Both the position numbers and the translations under genes were made by a program. A model generated the notes under the pieces. It saw only the letters and a program-made list of their open reading frames with translations, did no database searches and had not been told where the DNA came from. Positions 15,171 through 24,355 of a stretch of DNA of 42,010 nucleotides are shown here, one piece after another; position 1 is the first letter of the stretch, and each line of letters starts with the position of its first letter. This stretch comes from a virus, in IMG/VR virus record IMGVR_UViG_3300028800_000026, positions 1 to 42,010 of that record; one strand, 5' to 3'.

Positions 15171-15865
15171 GGATTAGATTCCTTTATTTTTGGTTTATTT
15201 TTTCCTTTAGAGTCCCGATTGATCCATGAATCTATGACGGCTGCATGGCTTTTGTACCTTTTGAACCGTGCTGGGTCTATCTCCGAGAATAAATCGAGCT
15301 GTTTGATGGTATAGTCTACTGCTTCTTCACCAAACTTTTCAATAAGCTCTTTGTAGGAATGAAGGAACATTCTCACTTTCCCTCTTTCAAAAATAGGAGG
15401 GATGTTTGGAGGGGTGGACGGGGGCGCAGCCTCCCCCCCTTTCTTTAACCCTATTCCTTTAGGAATAGGGATTTCTTTTGTGGGTGTGTTAAACACACTG
15501 GGGGGGGGTGTGTTAAACACACTGGGGGGGGTGTGTTCATCACACTGGGTAAAATTATTTGAATCTTCCGACACCACCAGTTCATAGAAAGTCTTTTGAT
15601 CGGATTTTTCCCCTACCACTACTTTTGATATTAAATTTTTTTCTTGTAAAGATTTGGTGGCTTTAAGGATGGCTTGTCTTAAAGATCCTGTGCTTTTTTC
15701 TAATTGTGAAAGACTGATTTGATCCCGAATTTTGTGCCAACCAAAAGTTTTTCGCATGATAACGAAAAGAACTTTGGTTTCGACGGGGGTGAGTTTTGGC
15801 AACCACTCATCTAAAAAGATGTTAGGGACTTGTGTGTAGTTTGGGGCTGGGAGTTTGAATGTCAT
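15041..15865 (-). CDS. replication initiator, lambda O-like N-terminal winged-helix domain
   Basis: YTQVPNIFLDEWLPKLTPVETKVLFVIMRKTFGWHK..DQISLSQLEKSTGSLRQAILKATKSLQEKNLI. AGGAG lies before ATG 15865. The 3' end overlaps the loader gene by 130 nt. Confidence 0.75.
   Translation of the reverse strand: MTFKLPAPNYTQVPNIFLDEWLPKLTPVETKVLFVIMRKTFGWHKIRDQISLSQLEKSTGSLRQAILKATKSLQEKNLISKVVVGEKSDQKTFYELVVSEDSNNFTQCDEHTPPSVFNTPPPSVFNTPTKEIPIPKGIGLKKGGEAAPPSTPPNIPPIFERGKVRMFLHSYKELIEKFGEEAVDYTIKQLDLFSEIDPARFKRYKSHAAVIDSWINRDSKGKNKPKIKESNPWTKRYITNTTESNANSSGKDTPEPTSPKSLMDLLMESESPTT
15484..15547. repeat. three iterons (candidate origin) inside the initiator gene
   Basis: GTGTGTTAAACACACTG at 15484 and 15508 (24-bp period), and GTGTGTTCATCACACTG at 15531. 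They are separated by G6-G8 tracts, and each unit is itself a GTGTG/CACAC inverted repeat. Translated, the region gives PPSVFNTPPPSVFNTP. Confidence 0.7.
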
Positions 15866-15973
15866 TGGTCACTCCTATTTTTGTAGGACTTGACCGTTAA
15901 AGGTTTTCTGCTTGCAAACTTGCTTGCGAGAAATTATCTTACGAGATAAGATACTAAACGTTCTTATTTTCGT

Positions 15974-16033
15974 ACCTTTAACATATCAAGTCCGCAAGCG
16001 CTCCGTTTCAGCGGGGCCTTGCACCTTTAACAT
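15974..16033. repeat. 11-bp direct repeat ACCTTTAACAT x2, plus an inverted partial copy at 15896-15903
   Basis: Exact copies at 15974-15984 and 16023-16033, in the non-coding region upstream of the initiator gene. Confidence 0.6.
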
Positions 16034-16311
16034 TCCCTCAAGACTAATAAAAAATAGAATTAGGGTCTAACAGAAAAATGCAACTTCCTGTTAGGGCGAC
16101 TCAATTTTAACCTCTCTTTTTCCAGCAAAATCTCGCCCAAAACGGAAAGAAAACAAATGATGAAAAAATCTGTCATGCGATGTTGCGAATGTAGTGGATA
16201 AGTCTAAGAATAAAGAACAGGATGAGAAGAAAAATGCCTATTTTGAGTACCCATTCCATGGAAAACCTTTGGTAGACTTATCTTCCAAATAAAGGGATGG
16301 GGATTAAACGT

Positions 16312-16473
16312 CTACTTTTTGAAAGGAAGTTCAGGAAGGGGGATGAGCTGAATTTCAATTCCCTCTTTCTTTTTTAGAACTTGTTCCGTCATGAGTTCCA
16401 GCTCGTTATCGGCATGGGAGGGTAGGAGGGAGCAACCAGATAAGAAAAGAAGAAGGATAAATATAAGTTTCAT
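16312..16473 (-). CDS. 53-aa lipoprotein (lipobox LSGC)
   Basis: Hand-translated: MKLIFILLLFLSGCSLLPSHADNELELMTEQVLKKKEGIEIQLIPLPELPFKK. The ATG directly abuts the fibre gene's TGA. Confidence 0.5.
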   Translation of the reverse strand: MKLIFILLLFLSGCSLLPSHADNELELMTEQVLKKKEGIEIQLIPLPELPFKK

Positions 16474-17865
16474 TCAGTTTCCATATGCTAAGTAAAAACA
16501 GGCTGTACCGCCCCCGAAGGTGTTCCACCCAGTAAATCCGTTGGTATTTACAGAAGTAGCGGCACATGCTATGCCCCCCCCTACTGAACTGTTGGCCGTG
16601 ATGACTACACCAAAACAATTACTTGGAAAGGGGGATGAAAAAGTCACAGCAATTCCGGTATTATCAAGAGTAGCAGTTCCTTGTCTGAATAATAGACCGC
16701 TCGGTTCTGCGAGGGCCCAACTCCCATTTCCGCTGGAATCGCTTGTCAAAACATATCCAGCGACTCCTCCGGAAAGATTAATTGTGCGTCCTGTGTTGGC
16801 TACGCCCGTTCCTCCATATTGACCAGAGATAACCGATCCGTTCCATGTTCCTGAAGAAATTGTTCCCACTGAAGTTATATTTCCCTGGACCGCTGCCGGA
16901 AGAGTAGAAGATATAGAAGGAACGCCTCCTGCACTTGTAATCAAAACGCCGTTGTTCGCTGTTGTAATTTGAGCCACCACATTGTTTGAAGAAGAATACA
17001 GAATATCGTTGATTGTAGTGGAAGAGGGATAAGTAGCTGTAGAAAAGCTAGGCGCTGATGCAGCGTTAGATTGAAGAACGTTTCCAGTTGTACCGGGTCC
17101 GGCAAGTAAAGACGGTATGCCTGTATTGCCAGTGACTAAAACCCCATTATTTTGCGTTGTTATTGTAGAGGCGGCCACATCGGTTCCCTGACCGTAGAAT
17201 ATTTGATTTAAAGGGCCTTGTAGCTCGATTTTTAACGTATTGGCTATGCTTCCGTCAGTAAATGTAGTCACGGAATCATTTACGTTGACCACTCCACCGC
17301 TCGGAACAACATTGCTTCCTAGGTTAGGTTTCAATTGCTCGATGGCGCCCCCTCCCCCCGTAAGGGAAATTGTTAGGGTGTTAGTTCCAGGATTGCCGGT
17401 AACTATTACTTGTCCTGACGCGCCTACTAAATTCACATTTCCAGACGCATCCCCCGTAACTGCTCCTCCGGAGTCTCCGGTTATCGTTGCAATATCGGCG
17501 GTCGTAGGCCCGGCGGTTACATCCCAGGTAGCGGTAGTCCCACTTACATTCACAAGCATCCAGAATCGATGAGAGCTTGTATTGCCCCATACTTGTCCCA
17601 GCGGATAGAGATAATCGGAAGTAGTGGGATCAACGGTTTTTAAAACAATAGGACCTAAAGCTCTCCACTGAGCATAAACCACCCCATTTGATGGAGCCAA
17701 TGTCTCTAAAATCCAAATCGCTTGTGTTTGAGTATTCACCCATCTTTGCTGAATAGGGAAAGCAACGTCGGTATTTGATGGATCAGCGGGAGAAAAGATG
17801 GGAGCGCCGATTTTTGACGCTCCGCTCGAAATTGAATAAGCTTGGTTGCTTACCGGATAGGTCAT
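16474..17865 (-). CDS. tail fibre protein (463 aa)
   Basis: G/T/S/N-rich. Shares modules with 18126-20939 and with the N-terminus of 21793-22755 (see findings). Confidence 0.7.
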   Translation of the reverse strand: MTYPVSNQAYSISSGASKIGAPIFSPADPSNTDVAFPIQQRWVNTQTQAIWILETLAPSNGVVYAQWRALGPIVLKTVDPTTSDYLYPLGQVWGNTSSHRFWMLVNVSGTTATWDVTAGPTTADIATITGDSGGAVTGDASGNVNLVGASGQVIVTGNPGTNTLTISLTGGGGAIEQLKPNLGSNVVPSGGVVNVNDSVTTFTDGSIANTLKIELQGPLNQIFYGQGTDVAASTITTQNNGVLVTGNTGIPSLLAGPGTTGNVLQSNAASAPSFSTATYPSSTTINDILYSSSNNVVAQITTANNGVLITSAGGVPSISSTLPAAVQGNITSVGTISSGTWNGSVISGQYGGTGVANTGRTINLSGGVAGYVLTSDSSGNGSWALAEPSGLLFRQGTATLDNTGIAVTFSSPFPSNCFGVVITANSSVGGGIACAATSVNTNGFTGWNTFGGGTACFYLAYGN

Positions 17866-18023
17866 TGAGCTGGAGGCTCCTTAATTTCTTCCGGAGGAAG
17901 CTGGATAGATGAGATTACAGCATGGACCTGGTGATGCACCTGCATCCCACCAGCTTTGAGAGCGGCATCAAAGATAGTTACCAAGTGTTTTTCAATTTCT
18001 TCACTGATTTTTAAAAATTTCAT
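17862..18023 (-). CDS. 53-aa hypothetical protein between fibre genes
   Basis: Hand-translated: MKFLKISEEIEKHLVTIFDAALKAGGMQVHH... AAGGGGA lies upstream. ATGA overlap with the fibre start. Confidence 0.4.
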   Translation of the reverse strand: MKFLKISEEIEKHLVTIFDAALKAGGMQVHHQVHAVISSIQLPPEEIKEPPAQ

Positions 18024-18125
18024 GTTTCCCCTTAAGATTAGTTAGGTCTAGTTTGGATATCGCTTTTATTTTCCGCGACCTTATACAGACCATACATAAC
18101 TAACGCTTTCATACAAATAACTTTT

Positions 18126-20939
18126 TTAAACTTGTGTCTGGTTTGCGATATAAGCCGTAGTAGAAACTCCGTAGAAATATCCTATTCCTCGGTTATGATT
18201 AATTTGATAAGGAACGACCGACACATTTCCATTAATAGTATCTCCCCCAATCGTCGGAGCTACATCAATATTATTTGTTGTTGCAAAATTTCCCACATCG
18301 ATCACGACAAATCCCTTTCCAGGAACCACGGGGTGAGGAAGAGTGACGGTGAAAACTCCCCCTGTAGTATCGCAAAGAATTACAGTGTCAGTTGTTGCAG
18401 CGCTATAGTTAGAAGTTTTAACGGAAGTAGTTGCATAATTGATCTGACCTCCTCCTCCACTTCCAACCGGCTGCCAAGTTCCATTGCCGCTACCGTCTGA
18501 AGTAAGTACGTACCCATTCGTAGGAGAAGTGCTCAATGTTATAGTCGTACCAGAAATACTTCCGTTAACTTGCAGTTCATGGACTCCGTCATCTGTGACA
18601 GTTCCGACCATCACTCGACTTCCATTCAAAAATAATTGAGTAGCTCCCGCAGCCCCGATGCTCAGGCTTCCCGAATCTGTTCTTATGGTGGTATTCCCAG
18701 CTCCTCCGTCTGTAGTTCGCGTAGAAGAATTGACGAAAATGACAAGCTTATCCGCACTTGTATCATTTCCCATTTCTAAAAATGTAAATGCGCTACTCCC
18801 TGCATTTGTATTTCTAAGTAGGGTAGTGACTCCTCCGTTCACCGATCTTTGGATGGTTAGATCACCAGTACTTACGATAGAACCAGAGGCCAAAATATTC
18901 CCAGAAGAGTCAACTTGGAACTGATTCGCACTTCCTACGTTGAAAAGAGAAGTTGCTGTAGATGATCCAATACTTGTTCCCCCACTGACGATTAATCCAT
19001 TGGTGGGCGGTGTAGTAGTCGAATAGGAACCGATTGCCATATTGGCGCTATAGAGGGCAAGATTATTAGATCCTGCGCCAGGAGCTCCAAAAAAACCCCC
19101 GTATGCAGTGGTAATAGTTCCAACGGCTGCCCCGCCACCGTCGAAATAAAACCCTGCTACTGTAGTAAGAGTTCCGGCATTTCCTGTAAATCCATAGGAA
19201 GAATAATAGGAAGCTAAGGTTCCGCTTTCTGTATTTCCCCCTCCTATTTTAAAAGTGGGACCCCCATATATAGCAGTATACAAATTAGCAGTGCTGGCAG
19301 AGGGAAAGTAAGTGGGAGCGGAATAAACACCCACTCCAAAAGATGCGGTACTTGTCTGAATTCCGTTTATGAGCAATCCATAAAGGGAGCTTGCTGTGGA
19401 AAGGGTTACTCTTGCGCTGGCATTCACGGATGAAGTGCCGAATGCCGATTGACCGGAGACTAAGAGGCCATTCGTTGGAGGGGTGGTAGCCGTGTATCCA
19501 ATTGAGGCGTCGTCGGAATACAGAGCAGCTTTCGTTCCACCAAATCCAGGGTTGGTGAAATAAGCTCCATAGGCATTTGTGACGGTAGGGGAAGAGGCTG
19601 TTGAGGTAGCCCCGATGAAAACACCATAGCTTGACGTGATTGTTCCAGTTCCAGAAATAAAAAATTGTCCTGTATAAAGAGACGCTGACGTCGCAGTTCC
19701 CCCCGTAGGGGCAATAACGGTGCCTCCGGCGTTAAAGTTTGCGGATAGATTGCTATTTGGGGGATCAAGAGTAGGAGCTACCGATATCCCTATTACGCTT
19801 GCGGCACCTAACGCTGCTGCAATAGTTCCTATTACGCTGATACCGCCCACATCGTTACTTACCCCTGTGATAGTAAGTCGAGTGTTTGCTGTTGCAGCTC
19901 CGTTGAGAGTTAAAGTCCCAAATCGAACCGCAGATGTTGTAGCGATGTCTTGAGGTGTGGACAGAGTCACAGCTCCAGTAGAAGCAGAAGCGATTACTTG
20001 ATTCGCTGTTCCGGTTATACTAGTCACTCCTAATGCCGATAATGCTTGCCAAGTCGCATTCCCACTAGAATCAGAGGCCAAAACCTTTCCGGTCGCTCCT
20101 GATGCCAAACTAATCGTCAATCCTGTATTCGCAACTCCCGTTCCTCCATATTGACCGGCGATAACCGTTCCATGCCAGGCACCCGCGACAATAGTAGAGA
20201 GAGAAACATTTCCTGAATCGGTGATACTGAGGATAGAAGCGCCATACGCATTATTTAGTACCTGGAAATCACCTGTACTATCTATTCGAACGTATTTACT
20301 TGGAGTGGGAACTCCCGTCCCCGTATTAACTAATTGAATTTGTCCTCCCTGCGTCCCCGCAGTTCCTCCGCTACTGACAACTAGTGCCGTTCCATCTGCA
20401 TTCAGATTTAAATTAGAGGAACCTAAGACATCTAAAAGAAAAGTAGCAGAAACCCCAATTCCAACTTTTCCAAATTGTACACTTGAACTAGTAGCAATAG
20501 ACTGTGGGAGGGTTAAAGTGATCGCGCCACTAGTAGGAGTTCCGGACGTCCCATTGACGAGGACTTGATTTGCTGTCCCCGTAAGTGTCGTAACAGAAAG
20601 GGAAGATATATTTCCCCATGAAGGAGGATTGCTTGTAGTAGCAATAAGAACCTGTCCAGTAGTTCCCGCTGATAAAAAAGAAGGAACCCCGCTGGCACTT
20701 GTAATGAGAACTCCATTATTCCCGGTAGACAGTCCCCCGATGGTGTTATTTGCTGAGGAATAAAGGATCTGGTTAATCGTAGTAGTAGAAGGGTATGTAG
20801 CCGTAGAGAAGGTAGGAGCGGAACTAGTATTTGCTTGTAGTACCTGTCTGGTCGAGCCAGTTACTCCGGTATAAACACTCGTCCCATCAAAATATTGAGT
20901 GCCTTGCGTTGCTGTTCCGAGAGTATTTTGTTGAGACAT
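18126..20939 (-). CDS. large tail fibre/spike protein (937 aa)
   Basis: Repetitive G/T/S/A-rich sequence. Shares the ...SAPTFSTATYPSTTTINQILYSS...NNGVLITSASGVPS and QYGGTGVANTG modules. Confidence 0.7.
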   Translation of the reverse strand: MSQQNTLGTATQGTQYFDGTSVYTGVTGSTRQVLQANTSSAPTFSTATYPSTTTINQILYSSANNTIGGLSTGNNGVLITSASGVPSFLSAGTTGQVLIATTSNPPSWGNISSLSVTTLTGTANQVLVNGTSGTPTSGAITLTLPQSIATSSSVQFGKVGIGVSATFLLDVLGSSNLNLNADGTALVVSSGGTAGTQGGQIQLVNTGTGVPTPSKYVRIDSTGDFQVLNNAYGASILSITDSGNVSLSTIVAGAWHGTVIAGQYGGTGVANTGLTISLASGATGKVLASDSSGNATWQALSALGVTSITGTANQVIASASTGAVTLSTPQDIATTSAVRFGTLTLNGAATANTRLTITGVSNDVGGISVIGTIAAALGAASVIGISVAPTLDPPNSNLSANFNAGGTVIAPTGGTATSASLYTGQFFISGTGTITSSYGVFIGATSTASSPTVTNAYGAYFTNPGFGGTKAALYSDDASIGYTATTPPTNGLLVSGQSAFGTSSVNASARVTLSTASSLYGLLINGIQTSTASFGVGVYSAPTYFPSASTANLYTAIYGGPTFKIGGGNTESGTLASYYSSYGFTGNAGTLTTVAGFYFDGGGAAVGTITTAYGGFFGAPGAGSNNLALYSANMAIGSYSTTTPPTNGLIVSGGTSIGSSTATSLFNVGSANQFQVDSSGNILASGSIVSTGDLTIQRSVNGGVTTLLRNTNAGSSAFTFLEMGNDTSADKLVIFVNSSTRTTDGGAGNTTIRTDSGSLSIGAAGATQLFLNGSRVMVGTVTDDGVHELQVNGSISGTTITLSTSPTNGYVLTSDGSGNGTWQPVGSGGGGQINYATTSVKTSNYSAATTDTVILCDTTGGVFTVTLPHPVVPGKGFVVIDVGNFATTNNIDVAPTIGGDTINGNVSVVPYQINHNRGIGYFYGVSTTAYIANQTQV

Positions 20940-21448
20940 TAAACCACCGTGTAGGTTCCTGAAGTTCTAATTTTAAAAGTAGTATTGGCTACGACGCAGA
21001 CGATGGTCACATCATCATACCGATTCGTGCTCGTTATCGATCCTCCGACGCCTACTGTGGTGCTTACACCACCTACAATCACGTTCTGGCCCGCATTTTG
21101 CGAAATATCCCACCCTCCCGCACCCAGTCCAGTTATCGAATAAGTATCTCCCACAGCTGCTGTTGCCGGAAGAGCTAATGTAATAGGACTAGCGGAGTTA
21201 GTTATATATCCGTTGAATGCTGACATAGAGGTATCTGTTGTCACAACAGACCACATAAACCCCGATCCAGAAACAGAAATTGTGAGAGTATTAGTTCCGG
21301 CATTCCCAGAAACCAAAACTCCTCCAGTCCCTAATAGACTGATTACTCCCGAAACATTCGGTCCTACATTTCCGCCCGAATTTCCCGCTAGAAATAATAC
21401 TGAACTGCCTCCACTTCCTCCGCCTCCTTGAGAACCCGACTGACTCAT
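20939..21448 (-). CDS. fibre-associated protein (169 aa)
   Basis: Contains GN.GG..G...G.I.L.G.GG..V.GN.GTNTLTISVSG. The C-terminal module resembles the C-terminus of the 937-aa protein. Confidence 0.6.
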   Translation of the reverse strand: MSQSGSQGGGGSGGSSVLFLAGNSGGNVGPNVSGVISLLGTGGVLVSGNAGTNTLTISVSGSGFMWSVVTTDTSMSAFNGYITNSASPITLALPATAAVGDTYSITGLGAGGWDISQNAGQNVIVGGVSTTVGVGGSITSTNRYDDVTIVCVVANTTFKIRTSGTYTVV

Positions 21449-21450
21449 CG

Positions 21451-21783
21451 TTACCTATTACAATAGTAAGTTGATAAATAAACCAATCCGGTCCCTGACG
21501 AACCTTTTACAAAAATCTGCGTATTTGCTGAGATTTGACATTGAAAATTAGATTCCTTATTCGTGGCCACATCTAAAAGAACAAATCCTGTGCTAGGAAG
21601 ATATTCGTGATCGTTTATTCCGTCCCAAGAAATTGTAATTCCTACGCTCGACCCATTATATATTTTAATAATTCGAGTAGGAAACGAAAGAGCAGTTCCT
21701 ACCGCTTGGTAAGATCCTGTAAAAGTAGAGGAATCAATACTTCTCAATAGATCGGGAACTAAATTTGAAAATGCTGCGCTCAT
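21451..21783 (-). CDS. hypothetical virion-module protein (110 aa)
   Basis: ORF tightly packed within the fibre block. Confidence 0.55.
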   Translation of the reverse strand: MSAAFSNLVPDLLRSIDSSTFTGSYQAVGTALSFPTRIIKIYNGSSVGITISWDGINDHEYLPSTGFVLLDVATNKESNFQCQISANTQIFVKGSSGTGLVYLSTYYCNR

Positions 21784-21792
21784 ATTTATTCC

Positions 21793-22755
21793 TTACGGTG
21801 CGTTAGTGGTCCACGTTGGAACCCAAGCCACTTGAGTACCGATATAAAACTTGATCCATCCAGTATTGGTCGCTACATTTCCAGTGCTCATGTGAATTGT
21901 TCCTACCCCCGTACTAATCGTGGTGGAATTAATATTAGACATCGCATTTTGAGAAACTACGCCCCCGGCATCCGCTGTCGCATAGAATGTAGCTCCCGTG
22001 ATAGTTGACGTTCCTTGCAAAGCACTTCCAACTTGAACGAGGCCCAAACCCGCATTGATGGTAACGGCTCCCGTTCCGGTTCCCGATCCAATCGTAACCG
22101 CGTTTCCTGTGATCGCTCCTGTGCCTATATTGACCGTTTTTGCGTTGGTAGCGCCCGTGGCTATATTGACGGTAGTGGCGCCTGCTCCGCCTCCCACAAT
22201 CACTGTATTCGTTCCAGAAGAGGAACCTAAAGTGAGCGTTCCTGTCTGGCCGGTTCCCCCGATGACGATAGTACCCGCAACCAGAGAAGCCCCGATTCCG
22301 ATTGCCGTACCGACGGCTCCATCAAGGGTAATGCTCGTCCCACCTAAGATGGTGGCCGTATTCGTTCCAGAGGTACTTCCGATAGAAAATGTTGGAGGAA
22401 TACTGAAGGTGATTGTGTTTCCTGAACCTACCGTTGAAATTTCAAGAGCAGTTCCTAGGAGATTGATATTGCCTAGGACCGGACTGATGGGTCCTCCAGA
22501 GTCTCCGGTGAGAGTTGATACCAAAATACTGCCTCCCGCGTCTGCTTGCCAGTTGGCTACCAAAGCCCCCGCCGAAGGGGTATAAGAGGTGAGAGAATAA
22601 ACTGTATTTCCCGCCGTGTTTACCCATCTTTTCCCGATGGGAAACCCTACATTCGTAGACGTCGGATTAACTAGGGCATAGAAAGGAACCGCAACGTTAT
22701 CAGTGGACGTTCCCACTGCTACGGCATAATTGTTTGATATCACTCCAAAAGACAT
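21793..22755 (-). CDS. tail fibre paralog (320 aa)
   Basis: Start at ATG 22755 (AGGAG 9 nt upstream). The N-terminus FPIGKRWVNT...ANW...TGDSGG parallels 16474-17865. Confidence 0.65.
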   Translation of the reverse strand: MSFGVISNNYAVAVGTSTDNVAVPFYALVNPTSTNVGFPIGKRWVNTAGNTVYSLTSYTPSAGALVANWQADAGGSILVSTLTGDSGGPISPVLGNINLLGTALEISTVGSGNTITFSIPPTFSIGSTSGTNTATILGGTSITLDGAVGTAIGIGASLVAGTIVIGGTGQTGTLTLGSSSGTNTVIVGGGAGATTVNIATGATNAKTVNIGTGAITGNAVTIGSGTGTGAVTINAGLGLVQVGSALQGTSTITGATFYATADAGGVVSQNAMSNINSTTISTGVGTIHMSTGNVATNTGWIKFYIGTQVAWVPTWTTNAP

Positions 22756-23002
22756 AGAGAGAAACTCCTGATGATCGTTTCTTTCCAAGTAACAAGAGAT
22801 TCTTTTAATAGAAATAAAAAAATGTATCGTATTTAGCGAAATGTTGGAAGGTGCTAGAATAGCGGGAAAAATGAGGAAAAGATCTTTATTAAAGAAAGGG
22901 GAGATAAATGATTTTTTTACAATGGTTTTTTATAATATTTGGGCTTGCATTGGTGCCTTTTATTTTGGGAGATAACAATGAAAACGAAGATGAATTAGAA
23001 TA

Positions 23003-24355
23003 TTAATCGGGCCAATTTATTTCTTTATATTCTTCTGGAAGGTCCTCTTTAACTTTATTTTTTAAAATTTGTAATATTGCAGATGACCCTTTAATACTTT
23101 TGTTTTTTATCGCTACAGATATTTTACTATGGAGATTCTGCCATTTTGGATCTGTTAATAATTTCGCAGAAATTTTTCCTAGTGCTTTTTTACCTGCATA
23201 ACCAACAGCTATTTTTTCAGCTAAATCCAAATTTCCTGTAAATATAGAACCTAAAAAAGCAGTCGTAGCACCTGCGTCTATATATTCTTGTATTTTATTT
23301 ACTCCGAGAGCCTTTTGCACTCCTTTCATTTTGCTATATAGTGCATTGGTATCAGTTAGATCTTTAGCCAATTTCGGATATATAGAAGATAGGGTTTTAA
23401 ATATGGGTTTTTTAAGCGCTTCCAGAGTCTTTTTCCCACCTTTTACTGAATTCCAATTAACCATTTTATTAATTTCTCTGTAAAAATTAATTAGTTCCTC
23501 TGGAGAAGTACCAAAATTATTTGCCTTTTCTATTGCCTCGTCTATAAATTTTACGACCGACTTAGTTTCTGGAGAAGAACCCAACGTTTTTTTAAGCCCC
23601 ATACTAATGTCTTCGAATTTATCAATCAACTTGATGGTATCGTGAGCGTGTAGCTGAGGAAGTTTGGAGGCTTTATCGGTGATAACATCATAGACATTTC
23701 CCAAAGCGGCCTCCGTATTTTTTAACGCCGTATGCGCTTCTTTAGATTTCTTGGCTAATTTACCTAATAATTTTTCTGTAACATTCCCATGTAGGAGAGG
23801 CGCTATTTCTTTTTCAGATAGTCCTATTCGTTTACCAGTTTCATAAATTAATTTTTTATTACCCTTTCTAACAAACTTAGATTGTCCGCCGGGGACGGGA
23901 AGAACCAATGAAGTTAACAAGCTTAAGTTATCTTCCCATTCTTTTTCAGATTCATTCAGAGGAGCAGTTGAGGGAGCTAATTTCTCTATCCCTGACTGGA
24001 TTGATTTAGATGTGAGAGGGTTTTCTGTTATATGTTTGAGTTCTTCCTCCTCTTTTGGTTTTCCGCCTGGGACTTGTTTAGCAATCCAATTTAGGCCCTC
24101 CCCTATCCCAGAAACTACATCCCCAGGCAACCCGAGAGCGGTAGACGCAACAACTTTTCCAGTCCTTCCTAGAGTCCTTTTCATCTCCCCTACTTGAGAT
24201 TTATTGGCGACTTTTTTTCCCATTCCTAATTTGGGGAAATGGATGGATTTATTTTCAGGAACGGCCTTATCTTCCTCGAATTGAGACCAATCGAAAGATT
24301 TTTTTTCTCCCCCTGGCTCTTCCTCAAACTGAGACCAATCGAATTCGGATGTCAT
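23003..24355 (-). CDS. hypothetical virion protein (450 aa), compositionally chimeric
   Basis: Duplicated FDWSQFEE motif at the N-terminus. My 60-nt hand counts show G+C falling from about 48% at the 5' end to about 25% in the 3' two-thirds. Confidence 0.6.
   Translation of the reverse strand: MTSEFDWSQFEEEPGGEKKSFDWSQFEEDKAVPENKSIHFPKLGMGKKVANKSQVGEMKRTLGRTGKVVASTALGLPGDVVSGIGEGLNWIAKQVPGGKPKEEEELKHITENPLTSKSIQSGIEKLAPSTAPLNESEKEWEDNLSLLTSLVLPVPGGQSKFVRKGNKKLIYETGKRIGLSEKEIAPLLHGNVTEKLLGKLAKKSKEAHTALKNTEAALGNVYDVITDKASKLPQLHAHDTIKLIDKFEDISMGLKKTLGSSPETKSVVKFIDEAIEKANNFGTSPEELINFYREINKMVNWNSVKGGKKTLEALKKPIFKTLSSIYPKLAKDLTDTNALYSKMKGVQKALGVNKIQEYIDAGATTAFLGSIFTGNLDLAEKIAVGYAGKKALGKISAKLLTDPKWQNLHSKISVAIKNKSIKGSSAILQILKNKVKEDLPEEYKEINWPD

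Noticed and set aside
15484-15547. Possible CRISPR-like or minisatellite array.
   Set aside because: There are only three units with no unique spacers, and they lie inside a coding region. An iteron interpretation fits better.
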